NCBI GenBank assembly: GCA_963749535.1
Contig: CAVVNF010000014.1
Span: 112,878-176,877, forward strand
Reading direction: 5' to 3'
DNA from: an uncultured Thermoleophilia bacterium
GTDB taxonomy: Bacteria; Actinomycetota; Thermoleophilia; RBG-16-64-13
DNA: 64,000 nt
Positions within the stretch are counted from its first letter, which is position 1. Every line of letters starts with the position of its first letter. A program made the position numbers and the translations under genes. The notes beneath the pieces are model-generated. The model saw only the letters and a program-made list of their open reading frames with translations. It was not told the origin of the DNA and searched no databases. Shown one piece after another: positions 38,715 to 49,388 of this stretch.

Positions 38715-41292
38715 ATGCAAAAAGAAACAGTTCAAGAAGACGTATGGATAACGTCGGTCTGCTCCAACTGCTTTTCCTTCTGTCCCATAAAGGCCCATCG
38801 GGTCAATGGGGTGGTCACGAAGATCGAAGGCAATCCTGACGATCCGTTGACAAAGGGACGGATCTGCGCACGGGGCTTGAGCGGCATCAACATCCTTTAC
38901 GACCCAAACCGTCTCGACTACCCGGTAAAGCGGACCAACCCAGAGAAGGGCATCGGGATAGACCCCAAGTGGGAGCGCATCTCATGGGACGAGGCGCTGG
39001 ATACCATCACTGGGAAGCTCAAAGCCGTCCGCGACGACGACCCGCGCAAGTTCATCGCCAGTTTTGGGGTGAACGGTGGCGCGCAGTCCTACACGTTGGA
39101 AGCGTTCGCCGTGGCGTTTGGGACGCCGAACCTCTTCGTGGGCGGTGCCGGAAACCACTGCGCGAGCGGCAAACACTTCATCGGCGGTCTCACGCACGCG
39201 GCGTGGGTGTGTCAGCCCGACTTCAACTACTGCAACTACTTCCTCAACTTCGGCGTACCGGTGGGCACCGGGGCATACTACGGGGTGAACACCACGGTCC
39301 GGAAGATGGCCGAAGCGCGCGCCCGCGGAATGAAGCACGTCGTGCTCGACCCTTGGAAGGGCATGCCGGCACAGAGCGCGGACGAATGGGTGCCCATCCG
39401 ACCGGGAACCGACGCCGCGGTGGCTCTGGCTATGGCCAACCTCCTCCTGAACGAGTACGGCATATTCGACCGGGAGTACTTGGAGCACGACACGAACGCG
39501 CCCTACCTCGTCAAGGAGGACGGCCGCTACTTCCGTGGCGCCGACGACAAGCCACAGATGTGGGACGCAGCCGACGGCATGGCCAAGCCGTACGACGCTA
39601 AGTTCGGCCACATTGCCCTCGACGTGGACGAGACCATCGGCGGCCAGCGGGTTCGGACCGCTTTCAGCCTCATCAAGGACCACGTCAAGAGCTACACGCC
39701 GGAGATGGCAGCCGAGATCAGCGGCATACCGGCCGATACCATCCGGCGGCTCGCCCGCGAGATCGGGGATGCCGCGCGCATCGGCGAGACCATCGAGTTG
39801 GAGGGCCGCACGCTTCCCTTCCGCCCGGTGGCGATCTCCTACTTCAAGGGCGCCCAGGCGCACAAGCACTCGTCACAGACCAGCATGGCGCTCGAACTGC
39901 TCAGCGCCGTTCTCGGTGTCCGTTCGGTGCCAGGAAGCTATGTGGGGATCAACGCCCGCTCGGTGGGCCGTCCGGACACGGGGTACCCGAAGTGGTCGCC
40001 GTACGAAGGCCCCGATGGCCTCCTCGTGACGGGCCGCTGGGTGGTGCCGCCGTCGCAGCCTTGGCCTCCGGTCTACCCGAAGAAGCCTACGGACCTCGGC
40101 CTGGCCCAGCTCATCCCCCCATCTCACGGCAACACGCCGATGCTCCCCCTCGTCGCGCAAGACCCGGCGAAGTACGGCATCGACTACAAGCCCGAAGTCC
40201 ACATCATGGTGTCCACGAACTTCGCGCATGAGCCTGTCCGATCCGGACGTGGTGCAGGAGTTCTTCAAGGACATCTTCACCGTCAACATCAACATCTTCC
40301 TCGATGAGTCGGCCGAACTGTCGGATATCGTGCTGCCGGACACCAGCTACCTGGAGCGCCTGGACATCAACGCCGACTGGATGGCCAACGGGTGTGCCAC
40401 CGACTACTGGTCGTATCCGCTTCGCCAGCCTGTGGTGGAGCCGATCCACGAGCGCCGGCAGGCCACCGCCGTCTTCCTCGAACTCGCCGACCGGCTGGGT
40501 ATGCGCGCCGACCTGAACGCGGTCACCAACGTGTCGTTCTCGTTCCGCGAGCCACATCTGCTCGAGGGCGATACCAAATACACCGTGGAAGATCTTACCG
40601 ATCGCCGTTACAAATCTTGGTTCGGGGATCAGTACGGCTTGGACTATATGAGGGAACACGGGATCATCGCGTGGCCGAAGAAGGCCGAAGAGATGTATTG
40701 GGATCCGTACGTAAAATCTCGCATCCCCGTCTACTTCGAGCACTTCCTGACTTTCAAGGAGACTCTGCAGGATATCCAGAAGGAGACCGGCCTGTACGAG
40801 TACTTGGATCTGGAAGACTATCAGCCGATGCCGGACTGGCGGCCGTGCCCATCTCACACCGAGACGCGGCCCGAGTTCGACATGACCGCTACCTACTTCC
40901 GGCTGCCCTTCCAGTCATTCACGATGACGGGTGACAACGGGTGGCTGGACGAGGTGTCGAGCATCGACTCATACGCGAACGCCATCAATATCAACGCGGA
41001 GACCGCCGGCAAGAAAGGCATCGCCACCGGCGACTGGGTGGAGTTGGAATCGGCGGCCAACGGCCAGACCGTGCGTGGGAAGGCCAGACTCACCGAGGCG
41101 CTGCATCCTGACGTCGTGATGGTCTCGGGTCATGGCGGCCACTGGGCGAAAGGTCTGCCCCTGGCAAGCAAGCCGGGCAAAGGCATCAACTTCAACCGCC
41201 TGCTCAAGCAGGACTTCGAGCACATGGACACCCTTTCCTTGAACCTCGACCTGTGTGTGAAGGTCAAGGTCACCAAGGTGACGGGGCCGTGA
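38715..41292 (+). CDS. molybdopterin (bis-MGD) oxidoreductase catalytic subunit A2; one apparent frameshift near 40230
   Basis: FS0 motif CSNCFSFC..RICARG and no RR signal. Motifs: ISWDEALD, GNHCASGKHF, RPGTDAAVALA, C-terminal barrel GDWVELESAANGQTVRGKARL. ORF 38715-40307 joins ORF 40228-41292. Confidence 0.85.
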
Positions 41293-41342
41293 CCGGTACC
41301 GGCTCAAGTCCCCGGCCTTGCTGAAAGGAGAAGACTGCAGTT

Positions 41343-41951
41343 ATGCGATATGGAATGGTCATCGATCTGAAGCGGTGCATCAGTTGTTATGCCTGCCAGA
41401 TAGCCTGTAAGTCTGAGAACGCGACGCCCCCGGGCGTCCTCTATGCCTGGGCTTTCCGGGTAGAACGGGGCGAATACCCGGACACGGAGCAGGTCTACCT
41501 GCCGATGCTCTGCAATCACTGCGCCGAGCCCAGTTGTGTGGACGTCTGCCCCACCGGGGCTACGTACAAGCGGGAGGAAGACGGTATCGTCGTCGTGGAC
41601 GCGGACAAATGTGTGGGTTGCCGCTCATGTATGACCGCGTGCCCCTATCACGCCCGTTACTACCTGGATCAGATCCGCGCCTACTATCCCGGGCAGGGCC
41701 TCACTCCCTACGAGGAAGTGGGCTACAAACGGCATAGCGCCGGTACGGTCGAGAAATGCAACTTCTGTGTGGACCGAGTGGAGAAGGGCGAAGAACCGGC
41801 CTGCGTGTCGAATTGCCCGTCGGTCGCACGTATCTTCGGCGATCTCGACGATCCCGACAGTGAAGTGAGCAAGCTGGTGAAGCGCGGTCACGCCTTCCAG
41901 TTGCTCGTGGAAATGGGCACCCAGCCCTCCGTCTACTACTTGCCCGCATAG
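41343..41951 (+). CDS. 4Fe-4S dicluster subunit B2 (PsrB/DmsB-like), intact
   Basis: Motifs: CISCYACQIAC, CNHCAEPSCVDVCP, CVGCRSCMTACP, CNFCVDRV..CVSNCP. No signal peptide. Confidence 0.9.
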   Translation: MRYGMVIDLKRCISCYACQIACKSENATPPGVLYAWAFRVERGEYPDTEQVYLPMLCNHCAEPSCVDVCPTGATYKREEDGIVVVDADKCVGCRSCMTACPYHARYYLDQIRAYYPGQGLTPYEEVGYKRHSAGTVEKCNFCVDRVEKGEEPACVSNCPSVARIFGDLDDPDSEVSKLVKRGHAFQLLVEMGTQPSVYYLPA

Positions 41952-41971
41952 CGGCAGCCGAAGGAGTCGCG

Positions 41972-42889
41972 ATGAGTCAGCAGACACTTGACCTCTATGC
42001 GGACCTCGAGGCCCTCTACCGCCCGCAGCGAGTATGGGCGCAAGGTAGGGGTATCCTCCTGGTAGCGGCCCACTTCCTTTCCGGAGTGGGCGCGGGAGCG
42101 TGGCTCTTGGGCCTGGTCCTGCACTTTCCTCTGGCCTCTCTCATGGGGCTGTTCGCTGTGGTCTTGGGCGGGGTGGTCCACCTGGGCTTTCTCGGCCATC
42201 CCGAACGGGCGTGGAAGATGATCATGAAACCACGGAGCTCCTGGATCAGCCGGGGTCTGTGGGCCATCATGATCTTCGTGCCTTCGGCCGCTCTTTACAT
42301 CGCGCCGGCATATTTCCACGGCGCGCCTTGGACCACCACGTCAGCCTTCGGCGTGATCATGCTGGTGGTCTCGCTCATCGGCATGGCCGGAGTCTTCCTC
42401 TACAAAGGCTTTGTGTACGCCGTGGCTAGGGCGGTGGCGTTGTGGCATTCGCCGATCCTACCCGTGGAGTACATCGCCGTCGGCATCCGCGGCGGAGCGG
42501 CGCTGGCCCTCATCGGTCTTCCCTTTGTTTCTAAGGCCTTCGGACACCAGGTACAGCTCTGGTGGCTTGCGGCGACCGTGGCGACCATCTTCCTCTTCCT
42601 GATGGAAGTAGCCATGAGCCGGAGCGACGAGACCGTGTCCCGGTCGCTCGCGATCTTCTTACGCGGCCGCAATGCCCTCCTCTTCTGGATAGGCGTCGTG
42701 GCCATCGGGGTCGTAGTCCCGGCGATCCTCGTCATCGTGAGCTATCCGGTGGCCCTCGGCGGCGCGGGCCTCTTCGTGGCCGGCGTGCTGTCGCTGGTGG
42801 GCGATCTTCTCTACAAGTACTGCATGAACGACGCGGGCACTTACGTGCCGTTCGTGGGGATCGCCCGCGCAAACATCACGGGCCGGTAG
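41972..42889 (+). CDS. NrfD/PsrC/DmsC-type membrane subunit C2, intact
   Basis: 305 aa with about 8 TM helices. Paralog of 14587-15556. Confidence 0.8.
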   Translation: MSQQTLDLYADLEALYRPQRVWAQGRGILLVAAHFLSGVGAGAWLLGLVLHFPLASLMGLFAVVLGGVVHLGFLGHPERAWKMIMKPRSSWISRGLWAIMIFVPSAALYIAPAYFHGAPWTTTSAFGVIMLVVSLIGMAGVFLYKGFVYAVARAVALWHSPILPVEYIAVGIRGGAALALIGLPFVSKAFGHQVQLWWLAATVATIFLFLMEVAMSRSDETVSRSLAIFLRGRNALLFWIGVVAIGVVVPAILVIVSYPVALGGAGLFVAGVLSLVGDLLYKYCMNDAGTYVPFVGIARANITGR

Positions 42890-42982
42890 AGCGGATGACT
42901 ACCCCTTTGACTGAATAAGGGGGAAACCGAGGGGCCCGTACGAGTGATTGGCATCGAGGAGGTACAGCCCCATGCGTGCTTG

Positions 42983-43016
42983 GGCCGCGCCTTTTCCCTC
43001 CGAGGGAGGCGCGGCC
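42983..43016 (+). terminator. GC-rich compound hairpin about 95 nt after the C2 stop
   Basis: GGCCGCG..CCCTCC-ga-GGGAGG..CGCGGCC. No T tract. Confidence 0.3.
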
Positions 43017-43190
43017 GCCTGCGCCCCACTCCCGCTTCTATTCCGGCAGGGCCGAGCCGCGACGCCGAGTTTCGCGGGGAAACGGTCTCCGCGTCCGGCA
43101 AAGCTCGGCATATGGCTGAGGCAAAGTGGTACTCTCCGACTACGGGTGGGCACATCCATGAGAGGGTAGCGGGATCATAAGATCGGAACA

Positions 43191-43805
43191 TTGACGGCGA
43201 AAGATGCGGCCCCCAAGCGCATGACAGGGGCGGAGCGAAAGAAGCAGATCGTCATGGTCACCTTAGACCTTGTGGCCAAACATGGGGTCCAGGGCACCAC
43301 CACCGCGCGCATCGCGTATGCCGCGGGAGTCTCGGAGAAGACCCTCTACAAGCACTTCGCGAGCAGGAGAGACCTGCTGGTTGCGGCCTTGGACGTGGCT
43401 TTCGACCGCGCCAATCATGCCGTCGTCTCCCGCCGGGAGACAGGCGCCTTGGAGCGTCTTCGCTCGATAGGGCGCTCTCACTGGGCGACGGTCCTTTCCG
43501 AGGAAGACGGGTTCATCTATCCGCTGTTCGAGTTCGTCGCCGCTCCTCCAGAAGCGGGTCTGAGAGACCGTCTGAGGGTCAGGCAGCTGGCCAGCATCCA
43601 CGCGTTAGCCGCTATTGTCGAGGACGGTAAGACTCAACGCGAGATCCGCCCAGACACTGATTCCGAGCAGATCGCGTGGGAGCTGATGGGTGTCTACATG
43701 TCCGAGGACATCTCTTTTCTCATGGGCGTGGAGGAGTTCGCGACTGCCGGGCGCTCGGCGACGATGCTGGAGCGCATCCTTCGAGACATCTCCGTCGACG
43801 TCTGA
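43191..43805 (+). CDS. TetR/AcrR family regulator (paralog 2)
   Basis: HTH GVQGTTTARIAYAAGVSEKTLYKHF. TTG start in the ORF track; an alternative ATG exists at 43221. Confidence 0.85.
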   Translation: MTAKDAAPKRMTGAERKKQIVMVTLDLVAKHGVQGTTTARIAYAAGVSEKTLYKHFASRRDLLVAALDVAFDRANHAVVSRRETGALERLRSIGRSHWATVLSEEDGFIYPLFEFVAAPPEAGLRDRLRVRQLASIHALAAIVEDGKTQREIRPDTDSEQIAWELMGVYMSEDISFLMGVEEFATAGRSATMLERILRDISVDV

Positions 43806-44067
43806 GGCGGTTCTCGTGGCGGCGCGTTCCGGTCTGCGCCTCTGGGGTACCCGAGTTCATCGCGTGTGGTCGGCGTTCTATTGACACGCCAACTCGCAGC
43901 GTGGTACTAGTCAGTCAGTACTGGCTGATTGCCGCCCGCGCAGCGGATGCGAGTGCGACGATGTCGGTGCAACAATCTATGGGAAGGAGGGGGCAAGAGG
44001 ACTTCGGAGGGGCAAGTACTCTGGAAACACTAACGTCTAACGCTTCTGATCGCGCGAGGAGGAGCTG

Positions 44068-45531
44068 ATGTCCGAGAAGCCAAAAGAAACTTCCCAAGAG
44101 GGCGGGGAAACCGGTCTCCTGCAGGGCAAACAAGTCAGTCGCCGCGAATTTATGAAGCTCGCGGGTATAGCAGGTGCCGCGGTCGGGATGGGCGCCGGCC
44201 TTGGCGGTCTGGTGGCTGCCTGCGGCGGCACCACCACTACGACGACCACCGCCCCGGCCTCCACTACCAGCACCAGCGTCGCTGCCAGCACGACCACCGT
44301 CACGGCTGCCCCGGAAACCGGGGCTGAGATAAAGATCGGTTTCATAACGCCCAAAACCGGCGGATTGGCGTCGTTCGGCGTGCCTGACGGCTATACCGTC
44401 GACCGGGTGACCGCATGGATCGGGGACGGCCAGGTGCTGGGGGATAGCAAGAAGCACCCGATCACGATAAGCGTGCAGGACAGCCAGTCCGACACCGCTC
44501 GGGTCGGGCAGGTGGCGGGTACCCTCATCGGTGACGGCATCGACATCATGTGCGTCGCTTCCGGGCCAGACACCGTGAACCCGACTGCCGCCCAGTGCGA
44601 GGCGAACGGGGTGCCCATGGTGGCGACCGACGACCCGTGGGAGGCCTTCATCGGTAGCGCTCCCACCGGGGGAGTGTTCAAGTGGTGCTACCTCTACTTC
44701 TTCGGGGTGGAGGACATCGTGGCCGACTACGTGAGCGTATGGAGCGCGATCTCGACCAACAAGGTCATGGGCGCGATGTGGCCGAACGACGCCGATGGCG
44801 CGGCCTTCTCTGACCCGAAAACGGGTTTCCCGCCGGTCATCACTGGGGCCGGGTTCAAGCTGATCGACGCGGGGCGTTGGCAAGATGGCACCGAGGACTT
44901 CACGGCTGAGATCTCCAAGTTCAAGTCCGCGGGCTGTGAGGTGCTTTCGGGTGTGTTCAACCCGCCCGATTTCACGAACTTCTGGAAGCAGTGCAAGCAA
45001 CAGGGGTGGAGCCCGAAAATCGCTACGATCGACAAGGCCATCCTCTTCCCACAGTCCATCGAGGCCCTGGGTCCCCCTCCGATAGGTATCGGCCTCATCA
45101 GCGGCGACTGGTGGGATCCGAAGCGTCCGTGGAAGTCGTATCTCACCGGCGACACATGCCAGCAGTGGGCGGACGACTACTCGACCAAAACAGGTCAGCA
45201 ATGGACTCAGCCTTTGATGCATGTAGTGACCTTTGAGATGGCCATCTGGGCGCTGCAGCACGCGACCGATCCCACGAGCAAAGACGCGATCCTGGCGGCT
45301 ATCAAGCAGATGAAGTTCACGAGCATCGGGGGCGACATGGACTTCAGCGCTCCGGTGCCCGCGACGACCACGGTGGGGCAGAACCACGTTCATCCCAACG
45401 TCTACAAGTCGCCCGCCTGCGCCGGGCAGTGGGTTAAAGGGACCACGAACCAATACGACTACGTGGTGGTCAACAACACGGCTGCTCCCATGGTCTCGGT
45501 GGAGGCCCAGCAGATTGCGGTACCGGCCTGA
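44068..45531 (+). CDS. ABC-type solute-binding lipoprotein with Tat signal (paralog of 30519-32006); orphan
   Basis: SRREFMK, lipobox LVAAC, poly-Thr linker, KIGFITPKTGGLASFG. Aligns along its length with the first SBP. Confidence 0.8.
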   Translation: MSEKPKETSQEGGETGLLQGKQVSRREFMKLAGIAGAAVGMGAGLGGLVAACGGTTTTTTTAPASTTSTSVAASTTTVTAAPETGAEIKIGFITPKTGGLASFGVPDGYTVDRVTAWIGDGQVLGDSKKHPITISVQDSQSDTARVGQVAGTLIGDGIDIMCVASGPDTVNPTAAQCEANGVPMVATDDPWEAFIGSAPTGGVFKWCYLYFFGVEDIVADYVSVWSAISTNKVMGAMWPNDADGAAFSDPKTGFPPVITGAGFKLIDAGRWQDGTEDFTAEISKFKSAGCEVLSGVFNPPDFTNFWKQCKQQGWSPKIATIDKAILFPQSIEALGPPPIGIGLISGDWWDPKRPWKSYLTGDTCQQWADDYSTKTGQQWTQPLMHVVTFEMAIWALQHATDPTSKDAILAAIKQMKFTSIGGDMDFSAPVPATTTVGQNHVHPNVYKSPACAGQWVKGTTNQYDYVVVNNTAAPMVSVEAQQIAVPA

Positions 45532-45569
45532 ACCAAGCCGGCATACGTATAGAGCATCCCTGAACGCGA

Positions 45570-45607
45570 GGCCGCAACCCGCGCGAGCGCGGGTTGCGGC
45601 CCTTTTT
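45570..45607 (+). terminator. Rho-independent terminator after SBP2
   Basis: GGCCGCAACCCGCG-cgag-CGCGGGTTGCGGCC (14-bp perfect stem) followed by CTTTTT. Confidence 0.8.
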
Positions 45608-45666
45608 GGCCTTGGGCCCGAACGGTTGCCCGGGCATGAGTCGGAGTCGAAGACGGAGGGACCCGG

Positions 45667-47391
45667 ATGTACACGAAGACTCTCAAGCCGGAGATCATGG
45701 CCACCATCCTCTCCGAGGATTTTCCGGCGGAGAAACTTTCCCAGCCGAGCTTCAAGATGGTGGTGGACAAAGACGTGATGGTCACCATGCGCGACGGCAC
45801 GCGGGTGGCCGTCGATGTCTATCGGCCGGATGCTCCCGGCAGATTCCCCGCTCTCTATGCCAGCTCGCCTTTTCAGAAGGATCTCGTGCATCTCCCTCAA
45901 TGGCCTGCCTTCCACTTTCGTGAGACGAATGACATGGAGTGGTTCGTATCGCGCGGCTATGCGTACGTCAGTCACGACATCCGGGGCACGGGTAAGTCTA
46001 TTGAGGGCCAGTACCAGTTCTTCAGTCAAGAAGAGCAGAACGACTTCTACGATGTGATCGAGTGGATCGCCACGATGCCCTGGTGCAACGGCAACATCGG
46101 CATGATCGGAGAGTCCTACTACGGCTGGACCCAGTGGTTCGCCGCGGCTACTCAGCCGCCGCATCTCAAGTGCATCGCCCCGTTCGACGGGGGCGCGGAC
46201 ATGTATCGGGACATCAACTATCACGGCGGCATCCTGGCCGTGGGTTTTCCCGCCATCTGGTACACGTCGGAGATGCGCGGTAACCATTTCCTGGGGCCCA
46301 ACCCGCCCGCCTCACCCGACCTGTGCCGGTGGGACATGCCCTGGGAAGTGATCCACCATCCGACGCTCGACGAGTTCTGGAAGGTCCGTGTGCCGGATCT
46401 GACGAAGATCCTATGCCCCGTCTTCAGTATCGGGATCCTCCACAAGACGGGCACGCACCTCCGCGGCAACGTGCGCGGCTACGAGGAAGTCGATGTGCCG
46501 AAGAAGTTCATGCTCTGCCACGGGGATTTCGAGGGCGACGAGATGGCCATCTTCAACTCTCCCGAGCTTCGTCAGCTGCTTCTACGCTGGTACGATCACT
46601 GGCTGAAGGGGAACGACACCGGATTCATGGAAGAAGACCCGGTGCGCGTGTTCGTCCGCGGCGCGGAGACGTACCGCCCCGAGAAGGAATGGCCGCTGGC
46701 CCGGACGGACTATCGCAAGCTCTACCTGAAGGCGGGCCCCAGCGGTGCGGTGGAGTCGTTGAACGACGGCATACTTACGTGGGAGCAGCCCGTTGTCGGC
46801 GACAGCTCCACCACCTACAGCTATCCCGACCCCGACTGGTCTCACTTCTCGGGTTGCGGCACGGCAGTGATGGAAGACGGGATCCTTCACCCCACGAAGA
46901 AGATCCTCACCTTTACGTCCGCTCCACTCAATGAAGACGTCGAGGTCATCGGGAGTCCGGTGCTCGTCGTGTTCGCGGCCACCGATCAGACGGACACGGA
47001 CTTCCACGTGCGTATCTGGGACCAGCATCCGGACGCCGATCAGGTGCCGGGCATGCCGCCGAAGGGACGCCTGCTAACCCACGGTCGTCTCAAGGCCTCG
47101 CACGCGTGTACCAAGGACGACGGGCTGAGCAGGCCGCACCGTCCCTACTACCGCCACGATGTTCCCCAGCCGATCGAGCCCGGCGCCGTGAACAAGTATG
47201 AAGTCGAGATCTGGGCCACCTCCTGTCGTTTCAAGGCCGGTCACCGCATCCGCATCGACCTCGCCTGCTACGATTCGAATGCTCTCGACTTCGGCGGTCA
47301 CTTCCTGAGCCTGAGAGTGGGCAAGGACACCATCTACCATGAGCGGGATCACGGCTCGTACCTCATGCTGCCGGTGATCCCAGCGAGTTAA
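45667..47391 (+). CDS. CocE/NonD family (S15 X-Pro dipeptidyl-peptidase-like) alpha/beta hydrolase 1
   Basis: Motifs: MRDGTRVAVDVYRP, GYAYVSHDIRGTGKS, nucleophile elbow GMIGESYYG. C-terminal jelly-roll domain (GHRIRIDLACYD). Intact 574 aa. Confidence 0.85.
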   Translation: MYTKTLKPEIMATILSEDFPAEKLSQPSFKMVVDKDVMVTMRDGTRVAVDVYRPDAPGRFPALYASSPFQKDLVHLPQWPAFHFRETNDMEWFVSRGYAYVSHDIRGTGKSIEGQYQFFSQEEQNDFYDVIEWIATMPWCNGNIGMIGESYYGWTQWFAAATQPPHLKCIAPFDGGADMYRDINYHGGILAVGFPAIWYTSEMRGNHFLGPNPPASPDLCRWDMPWEVIHHPTLDEFWKVRVPDLTKILCPVFSIGILHKTGTHLRGNVRGYEEVDVPKKFMLCHGDFEGDEMAIFNSPELRQLLLRWYDHWLKGNDTGFMEEDPVRVFVRGAETYRPEKEWPLARTDYRKLYLKAGPSGAVESLNDGILTWEQPVVGDSSTTYSYPDPDWSHFSGCGTAVMEDGILHPTKKILTFTSAPLNEDVEVIGSPVLVVFAATDQTDTDFHVRIWDQHPDADQVPGMPPKGRLLTHGRLKASHACTKDDGLSRPHRPYYRHDVPQPIEPGAVNKYEVEIWATSCRFKAGHRIRIDLACYDSNALDFGGHFLSLRVGKDTIYHERDHGSYLMLPVIPAS

Positions 47392-47398
47392 GGGCGCC

Positions 47399-47641
47399 AT
47401 GAACGACATCAGGATAGATTTCGACGTGTGCAACGGGTGCAAGACCTGTTACAAGGCCTGCTTCGTGGATGTCTTCCGCTGGAACGACGAGCAGAAGAAG
47501 CCGGTGGTGGCTTACCCGGAGGACTGCGTGGGTTGCAACATGTGCGAGATCAACTGCCCGGAAGACTGCCTGGAAGTGGTCATCGATTGGGACGCGTACT
47601 TTCCGCCTCTCATCGAGCGAGACTTCCCGTACCACGTCTAG
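47399..47641 (+). CDS. 2x[4Fe-4S] ferredoxin
   Basis: 80 aa with CNGCKTCYKAC and CVGCNMCEINCP. Starts 8 nt after the hydrolase stop and ends 17 nt before the flavoprotein start. Confidence 0.8.
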   Translation: MNDIRIDFDVCNGCKTCYKACFVDVFRWNDEQKKPVVAYPEDCVGCNMCEINCPEDCLEVVIDWDAYFPPLIERDFPYHV

Positions 47642-47658
47642 GATAGAAGGAGCTGAAC

Positions 47659-49359
47659 TTGACCGGTCTGAGGCAGCTGGGAAGGGTGCTTTCTACGGAC
47701 ATCCTCATCATCGGGGGAGGTCTCGGAGGCATGACGGCCGCGATCTCCGCGAAAGAAGCCTCCCCGGACGTGGATGTCCTCATCGTCGAGAAGAACACGA
47801 GCGGCTGGGCGGGCCAGGCCAACAAGGGTCACGGGCACTTCGGGTACCTCGATCACGAGAACAGCCCCGATGAGTTCGTCGAATTCCACGTGCGAAACAT
47901 AGGTATCTTCCTGGAAGACCAGGAGATGCTTGCCGAGTCCGCCAGGGAGAGCCGCGCGACCGTGGAGCGCTTCGACGGATGGGGTGGATCGTTGTGCAGG
48001 GACGGTGAAGGCGGTTTCGCCCACGTGCCTTTCAAGCCGGGCATGCCCTGGAGCATGGCGGCGGCCGATCTGACCTTGCTTCTTCCCTTACATCGGCGGG
48101 CGAAGAAACTCGGCGTGAAGTTCCTAGACAAGGTCGTCATCGTGGATCTTCTCAAGGACGCCGACCGGGTCGTCGGCGGCATCGGCTTCAGCGCGCTCGA
48201 CGGTACGTGCCACATCGTCAAAGCCAAGGCGACCATCATCGCCACTGGCGGTCAGGGGTTCCGGATCCTGGGCCTTTGGAGCTGCATGCGTGGCGACGGC
48301 GCGGCGGCGGCGTACCGCGCCGGCGCCGAGATGAGGTCCGCAGAATTCGGCCCGTATCTGCAATTCGCCAACAAGCGCAGCAAACTGCCGATAATGGGAG
48401 CCCAAGAGGCTCTCTATAACGCCAAGGGAGAGAATATCTCCAAGCGCTTCGTGGTCGAGGGAGAACCGGACATCTCGCCCATGGCGGCCGTTGTCTGGTA
48501 CGAGGAGATGAAAGCGGGCAACGGGCCGATCTACACGCGCCACGCCGAGAACTCCTTCCTGCAGAACGCGGCCATGGTGGGGGAACGCGCCATCTGGAAG
48601 CGGCCGTTCCACGACCGATTCCACGACAGGATGAAGGTGAAGGCTGCGTCCGTGGACGGACGCGGCGAGCTTGCCGAGGTGTTCCCGGGCTGCGTGGGCG
48701 AGCTTTCGCCCATACGGGTCGATAGGTGCATGGCCACGAGCCTTCCCGGGCTCTACGCGATAGGAGCGGCGAGCTACAGCGGATCCGCCATGGTTGGCGC
48801 GGTTCCCGCCCCGCCTGGACGTTGGCACGGAAGTGGGCTGTTCGGTACCACGTGGATGGGGATGCGGGTAGGGCCGCATGCCGCCGCGTACGCGGCGGCA
48901 GCGTCCGAAGCCCAGGTAGACGCTGCGCAGGCCGAGGCGCTCAAGGAACGGTTCTCCGCACCCAGCCGGCGGGTGGCCGGGCTGCATCCCATGGAACTGG
49001 TCAAGGCTGTTCAGGCGGCGTTCAATCCGATCGGCTATTCGGTGTACAAGAGTCAGGAACGCATGGAAGAGGCGCTGGGAATGATCCACGCGGTCAAGGA
49101 GAAGCTGGGCCGACTGTCTGCGACCGATCCCCATCACCTGGTGGCGTGCAACGAAGTAGCGAGCATGGTCTTGAGCGCGGAGCTCTTCTATCGGGCGTCG
49201 CTCGAGCGCAAGGAATCGAGGGGATGGCATTTGCGCGAAGACTATCCCGAGCGCGACGACAGCAACTGGTTGAAATGGATCATCCTCAAGGACACGAACG
49301 GCGAGATGGCGCTGTCCACCGAGGACGTACCCCTGGAGAGATATACCGTCAAACCATAG
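47659..49359 (+). CDS. FAD-binding SdhA/FrdA/AprA-like flavoprotein (paralog 2)
   Basis: TTG start after GAAGGAG. Motifs: TDILIIGGGLGGMTAA and RKESRGWHLREDYPERDD. Collinear with 35607-37370. Confidence 0.8.
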   Translation: MTGLRQLGRVLSTDILIIGGGLGGMTAAISAKEASPDVDVLIVEKNTSGWAGQANKGHGHFGYLDHENSPDEFVEFHVRNIGIFLEDQEMLAESARESRATVERFDGWGGSLCRDGEGGFAHVPFKPGMPWSMAAADLTLLLPLHRRAKKLGVKFLDKVVIVDLLKDADRVVGGIGFSALDGTCHIVKAKATIIATGGQGFRILGLWSCMRGDGAAAAYRAGAEMRSAEFGPYLQFANKRSKLPIMGAQEALYNAKGENISKRFVVEGEPDISPMAAVVWYEEMKAGNGPIYTRHAENSFLQNAAMVGERAIWKRPFHDRFHDRMKVKAASVDGRGELAEVFPGCVGELSPIRVDRCMATSLPGLYAIGAASYSGSAMVGAVPAPPGRWHGSGLFGTTWMGMRVGPHAAAYAAAASEAQVDAAQAEALKERFSAPSRRVAGLHPMELVKAVQAAFNPIGYSVYKSQERMEEALGMIHAVKEKLGRLSATDPHHLVACNEVASMVLSAELFYRASLERKESRGWHLREDYPERDDSNWLKWIILKDTNGEMALSTEDVPLERYTVKP

Positions 49360-49388
49360 GACCGGGCAAGCGGAGATCAGGAGGCGCC

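Noticed and set aside
43126-43133. 8-mer GTGGTACT found both upstream (43126) and downstream (43901) of tetR2, considered as a possible shared operator
   Set aside because: Only 8 nt match and the flanks differ. An 8-mer is expected to recur by chance about once in a 64-kb window when both strands are counted.
43915-46287. 790-aa ORF on the minus strand
   Set aside because: It is antisense to the SBP2 and CocE/NonD-1 genes, both of which have strong homology signatures. It also runs straight through a rho-independent terminator hairpin. It is low-complexity R/G/V/H-rich translation.
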